Below are positions 48,692 to 60,942 of a stretch of 64,000 nucleotides of DNA, piece by piece. The translations under genes and the position numbers were made by a program. The first letter of the stretch is position 1; every line of letters begins with the position of its first letter. The notes under the pieces are model-generated. The model did not search any database. It was not told the origin of the DNA and saw only the letters and a program-made list of their open reading frames with translations. This DNA is from Phyllobates terribilis (Eukaryota), in NCBI RefSeq assembly GCF_046119375.1, contig NW_027362762.1:262942001-263006000 (forward strand), read 5' to 3'.

Positions 48692-51600
48692 ATGAATGGA
48701 AAAAGGCCTGCTGCTGGTGGAAAGGGGAATAGGCGTGTTGGGAAGGGGAAAAAAGGTTGTGTCCGTGGGGTAGGTGCAGAAGAAAGACCATCTTCCAGCC
48801 AAACTAAAATGTCTACTTCTTTTAGCGGACAATGTGATAAGATCCCTTTCTTACGGCCACGCCAATCGCTACAAATTCCAGATGAGGCACAAAAACAGCA
48901 GGTGCTTCAACGGATATCAAGTGCTCCTTTAAGTGGGCTCTCCTCCACATCAACTTCAACATCACAAATACTCCAGTCCTCAAAGGTGTCACCCAAATCG
49001 CACTTGCTTCCTCACAGCTCCCAAATCTCCAGCTGCCCGTCTGAGTATGAGGTAGAACAGATGGTTGAGTCTGCAGAGCTGTTTACTCATACTATAGCCT
49101 GGGAATCAGAGGTCGACTCCAGCGCTTCTGTGAATCCAGACGAGGAAATGATCTGCACTGATGCCCAGAATCTTTATGAGTCGGATCCAGGACCAGACGC
49201 AGAAGGTTCTGACCATAATGTAGACCCTCATTCCCAAACTGTAACTCCTGTTGGTGGAGACAATGAGGAAGACGATGATAAGACTCAAATACCTGATTGG
49301 AGCGACAACTTTGTTTTTTTGTCAGGGCAGGAACAGGTTGGCTCTGAGGACGACGGGTGTGATAACGCACAGGGTGATGATGATGAGGTCGGAGATCCCA
49401 CTTACTGTCAACCCACAGTCAGCCAAGAGATGAGGTCAGCAGAGGAGGTGGAGGAAGATGCTAGTGACGACGAGGTCAGGTTGCGCCTTCCTGGACAGAG
49501 ACGTAGTACTGGAAGCACGTCAACAACTGCATCCTCAAACACAACTCTGCCTCTCACCACAAGTCGTGGTGGCTCTTCAGGTCGCATGGGTGCTAAGCCT
49601 TGCATAGCCTGGGCATTTTTTCAGATCGATAAAGATGACCCAACTCGTGTTATCTGTAACATTTGTCAGCAAAAGCTAAGTAGAGGCCAAAAATACATAG
49701 TTTGAGTACTTCATGCATGAACCGGCACATGGACATGAAGCATAAGTTGCAGTGGGAAGCTCAGTGTGCTACAATGCGGTCTAGCCGGCCGGGCCAACCA
49801 CCGTCTGCCATATCTTGTGCATCCGCGGCCTCTTCATCCTCTGTGACTGGGGGGACAGCAGTCACACCTGTTTTGGGGCGCAGACCTGCCACCTCTTTAC
49901 CCGCAACAGCCAGCGTGATTGGCAGGTCATCATTTTCTTTGGAGGTGGTAACACCAGCTGGTCTTGAGCGCTGTCCGACATCGATAGCACCACCTTTGGA
50001 TCAAGGCAACCTAACATGTCCGCCTGCATCTTCCTCACAGACCGGCAGTTTGCCGGGGACACCCTTATCAACCCCGTCTAAGCACAATAGCCAGCCCTCG
50101 GTCCCTCAGATATGGACAAGTAAAAGACCATTTCCTCCTAGCCATGAGAAAGCTAAGAGGTTGAATTTCACCATCTGCAAGCTCTTGGCTACAGAAATGC
50201 TGCCTTTCCGCCTGGTGGACACAGAGGATTTTCGAGACCTTATGTCCGTCGCAGTGCCCCAGTACCAGATGCCCAGTCGGCACTACTTCTCAAAGAAAGG
50301 TGTGCCTGCGCTCCACCAGCATGTCGCACACAACATCACCGCTTCTTTGAGAAACTCTGTGTGTGACAGGGTGCATTTCACCACAGACACTTGGACGAGT
50401 AGGCATGGACAGGGGCGTTACATGTCGCTGACTGGGCACTGGGTAACTATGGTGACAGCAGGACAAGGGGCTGCTGTCCGAGTCTTGCCGTCCCCACGAG
50501 TTGTGCGTCAATCCTCTTTATGTCATTTTTCCTCCACTGCTTCTGCCTCCTCAACCTCCTCTCGGTCTTCCACCTGCACATAAAGCCTGTCTGGTCATGC
50601 CACAAGCTTTCTAACTGCGCAGAAGGGATCCTGCACACCTCCTTACTATGCTGGCAGTAGGGCTCAACGTCATCAGGCGGTTTTTACATTGAAATGTCTG
50701 GGAAATATGAGTCACACAGCTGAGGAGTTGTGGTCAGCTCTGGAGAACCAATTTCATGAATGGTTGTCTCCACTGGACCTGAAACCAGGGAAGGCCGTGT
50801 GCGACAATGCTGCAAACCTGGGTGCGGCCCTTCGCCGGGGCAATGTCACACATGTGCCTTGTATGGCTCACGTGTTGAACCTGGTTGTCCAGCAATTTTT
50901 AGCCCACTATCCCAGACTAGATGGCCTTCTGCAGAGGGCACGGTCGCTGTGTGCTCACTTCCGCCGTTCGCATCCCGCAGCTCAGCGACTTACATCTCTA
51001 CAGAAGTCGTTGGGCCTGCCACTTCACCGGCTAAAATGCGATGTGCCTACCCGGTGGAATTCAACTCTGCACATGTTGCAGCGACTGTGGCAGCACCGAC
51101 AAGCCCTGGTGCAATACGTTCTGACGTATAGCCTGGGCCAACGAGATTCAGAGGTGGGGCAAATCACGCTGGAGGAGTGGTCTCAGATCAGGGACTGATG
51201 CACCCTTCTGCACAGTTTTGAAATGGCGACGAAGATGTTTAGTGCTGACGATGCCATTATCAGCATGACTATTCCGGTGATTTACATGCTGGAGCACATG
51301 TTAAACAGAATTCGGAGTCAGGTGGTGGCACAAGAGGAGGTGGAGGAAGTAGAGGAGGAGGAGTTGTATGCGGAAGGGCTAACATCTGCAAGGTCCAGAC
51401 GGTCGGCAGCACCAAGGCGGCAGGCATGTGAGGGTGGGGGAGATGGTTTAACCAGGGCGCATGGTAGCAGCCAAACTAGTGAGGAAGGTGCAGGAGCCCA
51501 GGAAGAAGTGGAGGACGAACTGATGGAAGACTCATCAGATGAGGGAGACCTTGATCACATTTCTGTTGTGCGAGGTTGGGGGGAGAGGACAGAGGAAGGA

Positions 51601-52370
51601 AGCATGATTGTTACCTCGCCACCAACACAACAGGGACTTGGTGCTCCTGGATGCGCAACACACATGAGTGCCTTCTTGCTGCACTACCTGCAACATGACC
51701 CTCGAATTGTGAGAATTAGAAATAATCCTGACTACTGGGTTGCCACACTGTTAGATCCCCGGTACAAAAGTAAATTTGCTGAAATTATTCCTGCCATAGA
51801 AAGGGATGCACGCATGCAGGAGTATCAGCAGAGACTGTTGCAGAATCTTACATGTGCTTTTCCACAAAATACCAGTGGTGCACGTAGTGAATCTCACAGT
51901 TCCAACTTGCCAACCGTGGACCGTCAAGTGTTCAGCACTCAAACCGTAACAGAACCACAGTATCTGCAGGTAACATCAATTTTGCGGAATCATTTCACCA
52001 CTTTTTTAGCCCATCCTTTGCAAGGCCACAGGAGACAAGAAGTCTGACACATAGTCAACGCCTAGAGACGATGGTACAGGAGTATCTCCAAGTAAACATT
52101 GAAGCCACGACTGTGTCACTGGACCCTTGCTCTTTTTGGGCTTCCAATCTGGATAAATGGCCGGAGCTAGCCACTTACGCCTTGGAGATCTTGTCATGCC
52201 CCGCAGCCAGCGTTCTGTCTGAACGTGTGTTCAGCGCTGCTGGTGGTGTGCTGACAGATAAGCGCACGCGGCTCTCCACTGATAATGTAGACAGACTCAC
52301 GTTCATAAAGATGAACAAATCATGGATCCGAAACGACTTTTCTACCCCTGTGTCATCCTGGGGAGAGTAA
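48692..52370 (+). pseudogene. Near-complete hAT transposase with few disruptions
   Basis: Basic N-terminus, BED finger (AWAFF..VICNICQQKLSRG / MNRHMDMKH), FTTDTW, VCDNAAN, PCMAHVLNL, PTRWNS, LLDPRYK and CPAASVLSERVFSAAG. A few stops and frameshifts. Confidence 0.92.
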
Positions 52371-52574
52371 AAGCTTGATGATTGGTTAAAATCACCCTAC
52401 CAACCGTTTTAAGCTTTCAAATTACTAATCATGTTTATCTGTATCTTGACTGGAAAATAATTTGGGCTTTGTAGCAGTGTGCAGCACTGATCCTATTAGG
52501 CCATCTATAATAAGCTTCACCAGATTTAAAATTAAAAATAATTTTTAGCTGCATCTAGCCCGGAAAATAATTTT

Positions 52575-54140
52575 GGGGCTCCGAGATGCGCAAGACACAT
52601 AAGTGCCTTCTTGCTGCACTACCTGCAGCATGACCCTCATATTGTCAGAATTCGAAGTAATCATGACTACTGGGTTGCCACACTCTTAGATCCCCCAAAC
52701 TTTTCGATCAACCTTTTCATTTTAATAAAGACCAAAAAAATGGTCATTTTTGAAATTATAAGCATTAGCAGGTTGTTAGAAACTGAAATCAAACAGTTTT
52801 CAACTCAAAACTTTATTCTAGGTGATGTTACATTTTCACATAGGACCCCTTGTTCGAAAGGAGCTTCTGAACTCTCTCGTCCATTGAATTTGTCAGGTTT
52901 TGGATGGTTTCTGCTTCAATTGTTTTGCATGAGGACAGAATACCCTCCCAGAGCTGTTGCTTAGATGTGAACTGCCTCCCGCCATCATAGACACTCCTTT
53001 TAATGATGCTCCAAAGGTTCTGAATGGGGTAGAGGTCAGGGGAGCATGGGGGTCACACCATAAGTTTGTCCCCTTTTATGCCCATATCAGCCAGAGATGC
53101 AGATGTTTTATGTGCAGCATGAGATGGTGCATTATCATGCAGAAAAATGATCTTGCTGTGAAATACACGGTTCTTCTTCTTGAACCATGGCAGGAAGTGC
53201 TGTTTGAGAAAATCCACATACATTATGGAGTTCATCTTTAGCGCCTTCAGGGATCCTAAAGGGGCCGACAATCTCTCTCCCCATGATTCCAGCCCAAAAC
53301 ATTACTCCACCTCCTCCTTGTTGGCGCTGTAGCCGTGTTTGCGTGGGGTGTCCATCAACCAGCCATCCTCCACTCCATTCATCTGGACCATCGAGCGCTG
53401 CACGGCACTCATCCGTGAACAAAACAGTTTTGAAATCAGTCTTCATGTAATGTTTGGCCCACTGGAGCCGTTTCTGCTTGTGTGAAGTGGATAGAGGAGG
53501 TCGACAGGATGGCGTATGCACAGCTGCAAACCTCTGAAGGACCCTGCATCTTGTTGTTCGGGGGACGTTGGAGGCACAAGCAGCTTCAAAAACTTGTCTG
53601 CTGCTATGACAAGGCTTTTTTGCCGCTGCTCTTTCAACCTGACGTAATTGCCTGTAGGAAAGAGTCCTCAATTTGCCCTTATCAGCACGCACACGTGTGT
53701 ACTGTGAATCAGCTACATACTTCTTGATTGCCAAGACACTTCATCCTGATCATCGCACAATGTTGATTGTAGTCATGCCTTGACCTAAACACTCCACAAT
53801 TTGTTGCTTCTCAGCAGCCGACACATCCTTTTTCTTTCCCATTTTGGCAGAAAATGTAGGCTGCTTAATAATGTGAGAGAGCCTTCTTAAGTAGTCTTGC
53901 CTTTCATTGGACACACCTGCCAAACTAATTAGCACAGGTGTCTGCAATTGCTTACAGTGATATAAAGAGCCCTGACACACATCACCATCAATGAGTTTAA
54001 CTGACAAACAAACAAATTCTTCCCTTATCACTCCTAAACACTTTTTGCATAATAATTTGGAACGCGGTGTACATGTGCTTTTCCACAAAACACCAGTGGT
54101 TCACGTAGTGAATCTTACAGTTCTAACTTGCCAACCGTGG
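52575..54140 (+). pseudogene. Second, partial copy of a transposase segment, interrupted by a Tc1
   Basis: 52575-52697 resembles 51650-51765 (LHYLQHDP..WVATLLDP); 54072-54140 resembles 51852-51920. Confidence 0.8.
52707..54069 (-). mobile_element. Tc1 transposon (Tc1-C), 3' TIR truncated
   Basis: TGCATAATAATTTGGAACGCGGTG|TA. ATG at 53842 (MGKKKDVSAAEKQQIV), VLFTDECRAALDGPD and FLHDNAPSH. Parent family of the foldback element at 23306. Confidence 0.9.
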
Positions 54141-55930
54141 TCTGTATGGAATTGTTCAATAAAGGGCCCAAAATTAAGATAACATAGATGGGAGAGGTCT
54201 CTATGAATAGGAATTCCTAAGTATTTGATACCCTGTGAGGACCAGGCAAAGGGAAAGTTGGACTGGATGGAATCCTATATGGATTTAGGGAGGGAGACAT
54301 CGAGGGCCTCAGACTTCGCTGCATTGATTTTAAAATTTTACCATGTAACAAAGTGATCTATTTCAGCCATAACAGCAGGGATGGATATATGTGATTGAGT
54401 GATATATACTAGGACATCATCAGCAAATAGAGAGCACTTGTACTCGGTGCCTCCCACCTCAATCCACCTAATATTGGGGTTATGGCGAATTGATGAGAGC
54501 AGGTGCTCCGTCACTAGGATGTATAAGAGAGGGGACAGAGGACATCCCTGCCTTGTCCCATTGGTGATTGTGAAAGGTGATGAAAATGTTCTGACGCACC
54601 CCCTGGGCCTTGGGACACCCGGAGCCGGACCCTTTTTGGTGGATGCTGGTGGTTGTAGTCTTCGTGGCGGCGATCCGGTTCCGTGGCTCAGGGCGGTCAA
54701 ACCAGTGGCGGAACTATTTATGTGGTTTTGATGTTTAAATGTCCGACTACGCCACCCGTGGATTGCGGTCAGAGTGAACCGCCGCTACAGGGCAGACCGC
54801 TAAGGCTGGTGTTGTGGGTGCAGCAGAGCGTAGCATAACTCACCACGGGAGGAGTATAGCCTCAGGGCAGTGTATGCGGAGGATGGGGGTGATGGTGCAG
54901 GGCAGCAGCAGTAACGACACGGAGTCAGTGATGCAGTTCAGGGCCTTTACTCACAGTTCTTATTATCCAGACCACGTCTGCAGGTAACGGCTGCCCACGT
55001 CGTACTGTGCTCACCAGGTGAGGGGCTCAGACAACTCCCAGATAACTTTGGAGCGCTTCACAGGACCCCCTTTGTGTGTCCTTTGTCTGGCCTTTCTTAC
55101 CAACACTTCTGTCCGGCTGCCTCGGGCCTCCTCTTGGTAAACTTGGTGCCAGTTTCCCTGACCCTATGTGGTGCCTTCCTAGCGGGTGGAGCAAGGGGCT
55201 GCGCCACATAAAATGTCAGAGCCTCCGGTTTCTAGCTGAGGGTCGTTTCCTGCCTCCACTAGTTCGGGGACCGGTCTCCCCCTTTGGCCTGACCCCTCCA
55301 CGCAGGTGGATTCGGGCGTGCGGTGGCGACTCGCCCGTCCGCACCCCTGGGATCCCTTCATTCCTCGTTCCTGGAGCCTTCTCCGCTCCTCTTCCTTCCT
55401 TCTCCCTCTTGCAGGCCTGGGCCTCTGTTACTAGGCCCGCCTCCGGAGCAGAGCTCATGCAGAGCCCCTGCTCCCTGCCACTTCTGCTCAGACTTTTCTG
55501 CACTGAACTAAGATGGTGCCCACCTTTTATACTCCCTTCTCAATGCACCCAGGAACTGCTTCCTCCCTGCTCCTGCACTGCAGGGTTCCCCTTCCTCAGT
55601 GTTCCCTCCCCCCACTCCAGCCAGGGACAGGGACTGTCGTGCCCATCTCAGGGGCATATTGGTCGCCCTGCCCCACGGCAATGTGGTGTAATGCATGCAG
55701 GTGTCGGGTCCTGATCCACACTCCATCCTTATCTGAGAGTGAGATATCACACCTCTGGGTGAGGTGCAATACGTCTGTAGCAACCGAGCCCTCGGTGCTA
55801 CAGTTCCATTTATCTTCAGCCTAGGTGACGTATTGTGATACAGGGCCGTGATTTTGGCTATAAAAGGGTCCCCTAGACCCCTACCCCAAGCTTTTTAAGA
55901 GAATCATATATGGCGTGCCAGGAGACTCTA
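54140..55930 (-). mobile_element. Internal L1-clade RT fragment, split by a solo LTR
   Basis: Removing 54592-55802 and one TSD restores [54 protein letters not shown]. No poly(A) tail. Confidence 0.88.
54592..55802 (-). mobile_element. Solo LTR (family D, 1211 bp)
   Basis: TG...CA ends. 4-bp TSD GTTC (54588-54591 and 55803-55806). Minus-strand TATAAAA at ~55523-55529. Confidence 0.85.
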
Positions 55931-56204
55931 TGGAATGCTTTCTCAGCATCCAACGAGAGTATCTACTTACAAATTTTTAACTGCATCTAGCCCAGGAAAT
56001 ACTTTGTGCCTAGTAGCAGTGTCTGCTAGTCAGCGGATTATCCCGGCTGTTAAGCAAGCTACACCACCTGTAGTTTGGACACTTAATTTTTTCAAAGGAA
56101 ATGCTTCGGGACCACGGGATACTCAGTGAAGAGCATCAGGAGGCACCCCAAGGCATAGGGGCTGGGACTGGCACTAGGATGCCTTGCGGTGGACAGCCGA
56201 GCTC

Positions 56205-56343
56205 GATCCTTATAAAAGCTTTTTAACTGCAGCAGCTTTAGTGGACGCTACTGGAGCTGGAATTACGCGGCTGCTGGCATGAGACTTGCCCTCCAATAGA
56301 TCCTTGTAAATGGATTTAAAGTGTATTCATTCAAATTAGAGGG
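56205..56343 (-). pseudogene. Degenerate 18S rRNA fragment inside hAT-3
   Basis: GCTTTTTAACTGCAGCA..CTGGAGCTGGAATTACGCGGCTGCTGGCA..AGACTTGCCCTCCAAT..GGATTTAAAGTG is the antisense of the conserved GTGCCAGCAGCCGCGGTAATTCCAGCTCCA region. Roughly 85% identity by eye against the remembered consensus. Confidence 0.88.
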
Positions 56344-57309
56344 ACAATTTAAATTAAAAAGCTTAGAGCTGCCTCCACCACAGGGGGGCTCTCTCGACCC
56401 ACCAGCGGACAGGCACCAGTATTGGGAGAGGGGGGCTGGCCGTCAGGGTTCACCGCGGCTCTGGCACAAACCCGGCGACACGGAGGTGGCACGGGCAGGA
56501 GCGGACTGGCCGTGTCGGCTTCTCACTTTTTGGATTTTAGAAGGGCATGACATGCCTATATCTGTGTCTCCCCCTCCTTTTACTCCTCCACCTCTTTTCT
56601 TTTCGCATGACTATATGTACTTGTCACTTTTCCATGTGTTAGTTGTGTCTTCTGAGCAGTTTGTCAGCTTTTGGACACCTTTGAAGGTGTTTTCTATGTG
56701 TTTCTATGTGTTTTTGTTTGCCTGCCATTGGTTTTAACGGTGTTCGAAGGTGTTCGACGAACAGTTCGGCGAACACACGGGTGTTCGACGAACCGAACCG
56801 AACTCGAACACTACGGGGGTGGCTCAACACTACTTATCAATCCTCACAGAACTCAGCAATATGCACACTCCTGGCCAGAATCCAACTAGACTGTTTCAGG
56901 TGTGCTCATTGCAAGTGTATTGCACAAGGCCGGAAATGCTCTAGTCGGATTTTGGCCAGGAGTATTCCTACTGCATACTTGTGGTCACATGTCTGCTGTT
57001 CCCGGCGCTGACATGGGAGAATCCTCATAGTGTGCAGTGTGTGCGCTGTGCGGATTCACAAGTCTGCAGTCACAGAGTCACTGCAGGCTTGTCGTTTTAG
57101 ATCGGACAACCCCATTAAATGCACTCTACACTTAGTCCATTGTCTCTATGCTGCCAGACTCTGTACCCTAGGTTCTTGTCACTCCCTGATTGCCTCAGCT
57201 CAAAGATTCAGTCTATAAGGGCTTACTGCTTATGTCACAGTTCTCTCTTTACGTTTCTTTCTAACCACCAATATGTGAAGGGTTAAACATTGATGGTCTG
57301 TGTTCTCAC

Positions 57310-57430
57310 CGATTCTCGTAGTTTTGACAGTTGCCAACTATGTGTGCCCTGGCTGATGCCTCCAATCTTGCAAGTTCAGCAACAGTATCAACAAGAGCCA
57401 CAACATTAATTATAGGCCAAAAATGTTCAC
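57310..57430 (-). CDS. Candidate 121-nt host coding exon ((G)EHFWPIINVVALVDTVAELARLEASARAHIVGNCQNYEN(R))
   Basis: Acceptor TTTCCCTTGTTTTTGCAAAG and donor CG|GTGAGA. 39 open codons, more GC-rich than its flanks. No homology recognised. Confidence 0.45.
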
Positions 57431-58269
57431 CTTTGCAAAAACAAGGGAAATATTTCCCCAACTGCTAAATATGTTATCTTTTTTAGTACCCATACAATTT
57501 ACAATATATACACAATCCAATCCAAACATTACGCAAGAGAATCAATAAGCACCGCTCCAATGTGCTTAATGGATTTTTTCAACACATTGTGTCCAGACAC
57601 TGCTCAGTTCCACAACTCAGACTTCAGTAAACTTTGTGCAGTACCAAATGAACAGATGCCTGAGGACGTCTTCAATAGCCTATAAAGTTAAAACAACGAT
57701 AGCCTTCTGGATATACAAACTCTCATGCTTGTGGCCTAAATGAGAAAATAGAAACTTCCTTTTAAACATCATGTTTTTTTTATAATTATTTTAACATTGC
57801 CTTAGGGCCCCTCCTATGATACTCTTGGATTATAATTATTTATAGTTAATTTATTACCTTTCATACATTTGATCCAATGTAAATTATTAGTTACTAATTG
57901 TATTATTTTAGTTTTATTCTTTATTTATATTTCACAGTGGGTCATTTTCAGTCGCAGCATTTCAGAGACAAACATATATGGCTGTGATCGTACAGCCAGT
58001 GGCTGATACATGCTGCCCACGGATTTGGCAGCATGTATCATCTGATAGGTTATCTTTAAATAAATTATAACATGAAGGGGCATAAAATAACTGAAAAATT
58101 GAAAAAATATATATTTATATACAGTATTTACATATGGAGTATGTGGACTAAAAATGGTCCACTGTGAAATATGAATAATGTATAAAACTAATATAATACA
58201 AGGAGTGACTAATAATTTACATTGGACAAACATATATGGCTGTGATCATACAACCAGTGGCTGATACTT

Positions 58270-58450
58270 GCCGCCCACTTTGTGGGAACAGTTTGTGTGG
58301 GAATGGAGATTGCTAGCCAGGCACTCTCATTCAACATCATTATCTGACCTCACAAATATTCTTCCCTATAAATGGGGAAATATTTCCACAGATACACTAC
58401 AAAATCTTATAGAAAGTACTCCCAGAAGATTGGGAGTTGGTATAGTTATA
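58270..58450 (+). pseudogene. Ancient Tc1 transposase C-terminal relic
   Basis: LWEQFVWEWRLLAR..TSLSDLTNIL..W..ISTDTLQNLIESTPRR resembles Tc1 C-termini. Confidence 0.5.
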
Positions 58451-59775
58451 TATAAAAAAGTATTTACTGTAAATATACATGAAAACTAAAAAAAAAAGAT
58501 AGCTAAACAAGGTGATGACATTTTATTTTACACCCACTATATCTCACAAAAAGTAATCTATATGGAACCATTTTGCTGAAAAAGATGCATTAATAAATCA
58601 ACTTTTCCGTAAAGATGCGATTTGATTTTGGCAAAACATTTTACAAATGAGCAGATCTGACAAAATTCGAATTTGCTAAATCTCGCACATTTTCCCACAA
58701 AATGCAATTTGCAGTTATTCTCCATGAACTGAATGTCCCTTATTGTGCTCTGGGACCTCTTCTTTCCCCTGTCGTGAGCTGCATCTCCTGGACTATTCAC
58801 TCTAGGCCGGGACTTCTGGCAGTGACCAGGTCTCGGAGATCAATACTTGTACATTCTGAGATCACGCATGTGAGACGGACAGTGAACTCTGAGGCTTGGT
58901 CACTCCCAGAAGTCTAGGCCATGAGTGAACAGGCTGGAGCTACAGGCCAGGACTTCCAGGCCTCAAATGTCATTACATGTCACACGCCCATGATGTTGTG
59001 ATTTGCTTCATGCAGTGACTTCAGAGGACTAGAGTGTACAGGCTTGGAGATGCTGCTTGCAATAAGGGAATGAAGAGATAGCTGTGAGGACTAGTTGGAG
59101 GGCAATGTGCAGCAGAAGGTCTGGACAGGTGAATGGTGAGTATAATTACTTTTTTAAACTTTTGTTGTCTGTCTATAGTTCAGCAAAATCACAGCCATCC
59201 ACTATTATGCTGAATCCATGTAAAGCGAATTTTCAAACACCATATTTTCAAAAATGTGCACTTTTTTAATATTCAAGTACAATTTAATTACAATCAAATA
59301 AATTGGCTCATCTCTAGAATTGAGAAAACCTAGCCACCCACAAGTCAATCAATAATTATTGCATATTGGCCCAAGCTCACAAAGGTTACAAGGTTTATTG
59401 TAATATCAAACTCATTTAGATATTCATTACAGAAAATCTACATTTGAAGAAGCCGAGCGCTGTGCTAATGATTTTTAAAGTCTGAAGACAATAAATGCTA
59501 ATTTCATACTAATGAGGCCTTAAAATGTCTATTTATAATGATTTCATAATTCCTCAACTCCATAAATCACTAAAAGAATCTTCAATAATTCATTAGGAAA
59601 ATTACAAAAAAAATTTGTATAATTCTGTTTATTTAGTTAAAAGACACAAAGTGTCTTTTAACTAAACAGAATTAAATGAACTGAAAAATGCCTGCTATAT
59701 GTAAAAAAAAAAGAAAAAAAGCCATATGACAATTATGTAGTAACATATCATGTGACTTTTTATTATAATGCCCAT

Positions 59776-60942
59776 TGTAACGGGTCCGGGAGGCGGAACC
59801 TCTGAGCTACTATACAAGGGGGCGGCCCTTGTAAGGGAGCGGGTGGCAGTCTCTGGATGAATGGACAGGGAGATACGGCAAGTGATCAGGGCAGTCTCTG
59901 GGTGAACGGACAGGGAGATACGGCAAGTGATCAGGGCAGTCTCTGGGTAAGGGGTAGGTACGACCTGTGATGGCAGAGCCTCCGGGTAGGCTAGCAGGCA
60001 GATGGTAGATGGGTGCTCCCAGGTGAGCAAGCGAGAGTCTCTGGAATAGCAGGTGGTCACGGCACGTGACGGCGGGGCCTCCGGGCTGGCAGGCAGGCAG
60101 GTAACGGAGAAGCGCTCCCAGGTGAGCGGGCAAGAGTCTCTGGAATAGCTGGTGGTCACCGCACGTGACAACGGGACCTCCGGGCTGGCAAGCAGGCAGG
60201 TAACGGAGATGCGCTCCCAGGTGAGCGGGCAAGAGTCTCTGAGATAGCTGGTGGTCACAGCACGTGACAACGGAGCCTCCGGGCTGGCAAGCAGGCAGGT
60301 AACGGAGAAGCGCTCCCAGGTGAGCGGGCAAGCTGGTCCATAGACAGACTGACCGGAGTAGTAAAGCAGACCGTCGGACCTCAGGCAAGCAGGCAGGTAG
60401 CTGATATGCGCTCCCAGGTGAGCGGGCAGGCTGGTCCTTAGACAGACTGACAGGAGTAGTAAGGCAGACCGTCGGACCTCAGACTGGCAGACAGGTAACA
60501 AGTATTCAGGCAGGAATCAGGCAGGTAACTGGCAGGTAACTGGCAGGTAACTGGCAACGGGACCTGAGGGCTGAAGCACAGGTGAGACACAGGTGCAAAC
60601 AACATTGCTCGGGCACCTCCATTTTGGAGGAGGTGCCTTTTATATGATGAAGTCCTCCGGCCATTGGCCGGGGACTCTTTAGGGCGGCGCGCGCGGCCCC
60701 TTTAAGAGGAGGGGAGCACGCGCGCGCGCGCCCTAAGCACAGGGGCCGGGAAGGAGCGCGCGCCGAGAGCAGAGCAGGAGGAGGACGCCGGGACGGAGCG
60801 CGCGCTGACAGCAGAGCGGGGAGAGGACGCCGGGCAGGAGCGCGCGCTGACAGCAGAGCGGGGAGAGGACGCCGGGCACGGAGCAGAGCGGTGAGGGGAG
60901 CAGCGTCCCTGCCTAGCAGAGGGCAGGGACGCCAGCGCTACA
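59776..60942 (-). repeat. 3' LTR of element C (1167 bp) with 99-bp and ~40-bp internal repeats
   Basis: TGTAACGGG...GCGCTACA. Minus-strand TATAAAA at 60644-60638. Confidence 0.93.

Larger units (their letters stand above)
46383..56832 (+). mobile_element. hAT transposon (hAT-3), 10.45 kb with cargo
   Basis: TIRs TAGAGATGAGC and GCTCAACACTA. TSD CCTATCAA/CTTATCAA (7 of 8 match). Subterminal GTTCG/CGAAC clusters. Confidence 0.88.
46321..57114. mobile_element. T2/Kolobok-like MITE (~340 bp net) split by hAT-3
   Basis: TTAA|AGGGGTTGTCCTGTCTAAAACGACAAG ... CTTGTCGTTTTAGATCGGACAACCCCA|TTAA. Confidence 0.85.

Noticed and set aside
56205-56343. Functional rRNA gene
   Set aside because: Only ~140 bp, with many substitutions in invariant positions and no flanking rDNA.
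57945-58285. ~55-bp direct repeat (CAAACATATATGGCTGTGATC...) 280 bp apart
   Set aside because: Short diverged local duplication next to a Tc1 relic, with no element termini.
59695-60501. 192-268-aa ORFs in the LTRs of C (also 63136-63924)
   Set aside because: Produced by 99-bp in-frame LTR repeats; no protein-like features.
60612-60637. 9-bp stem-loop between the TATA box and predicted start of C
   Set aside because: Not present in A or B and mostly upstream of the predicted transcript; weak evidence of function.
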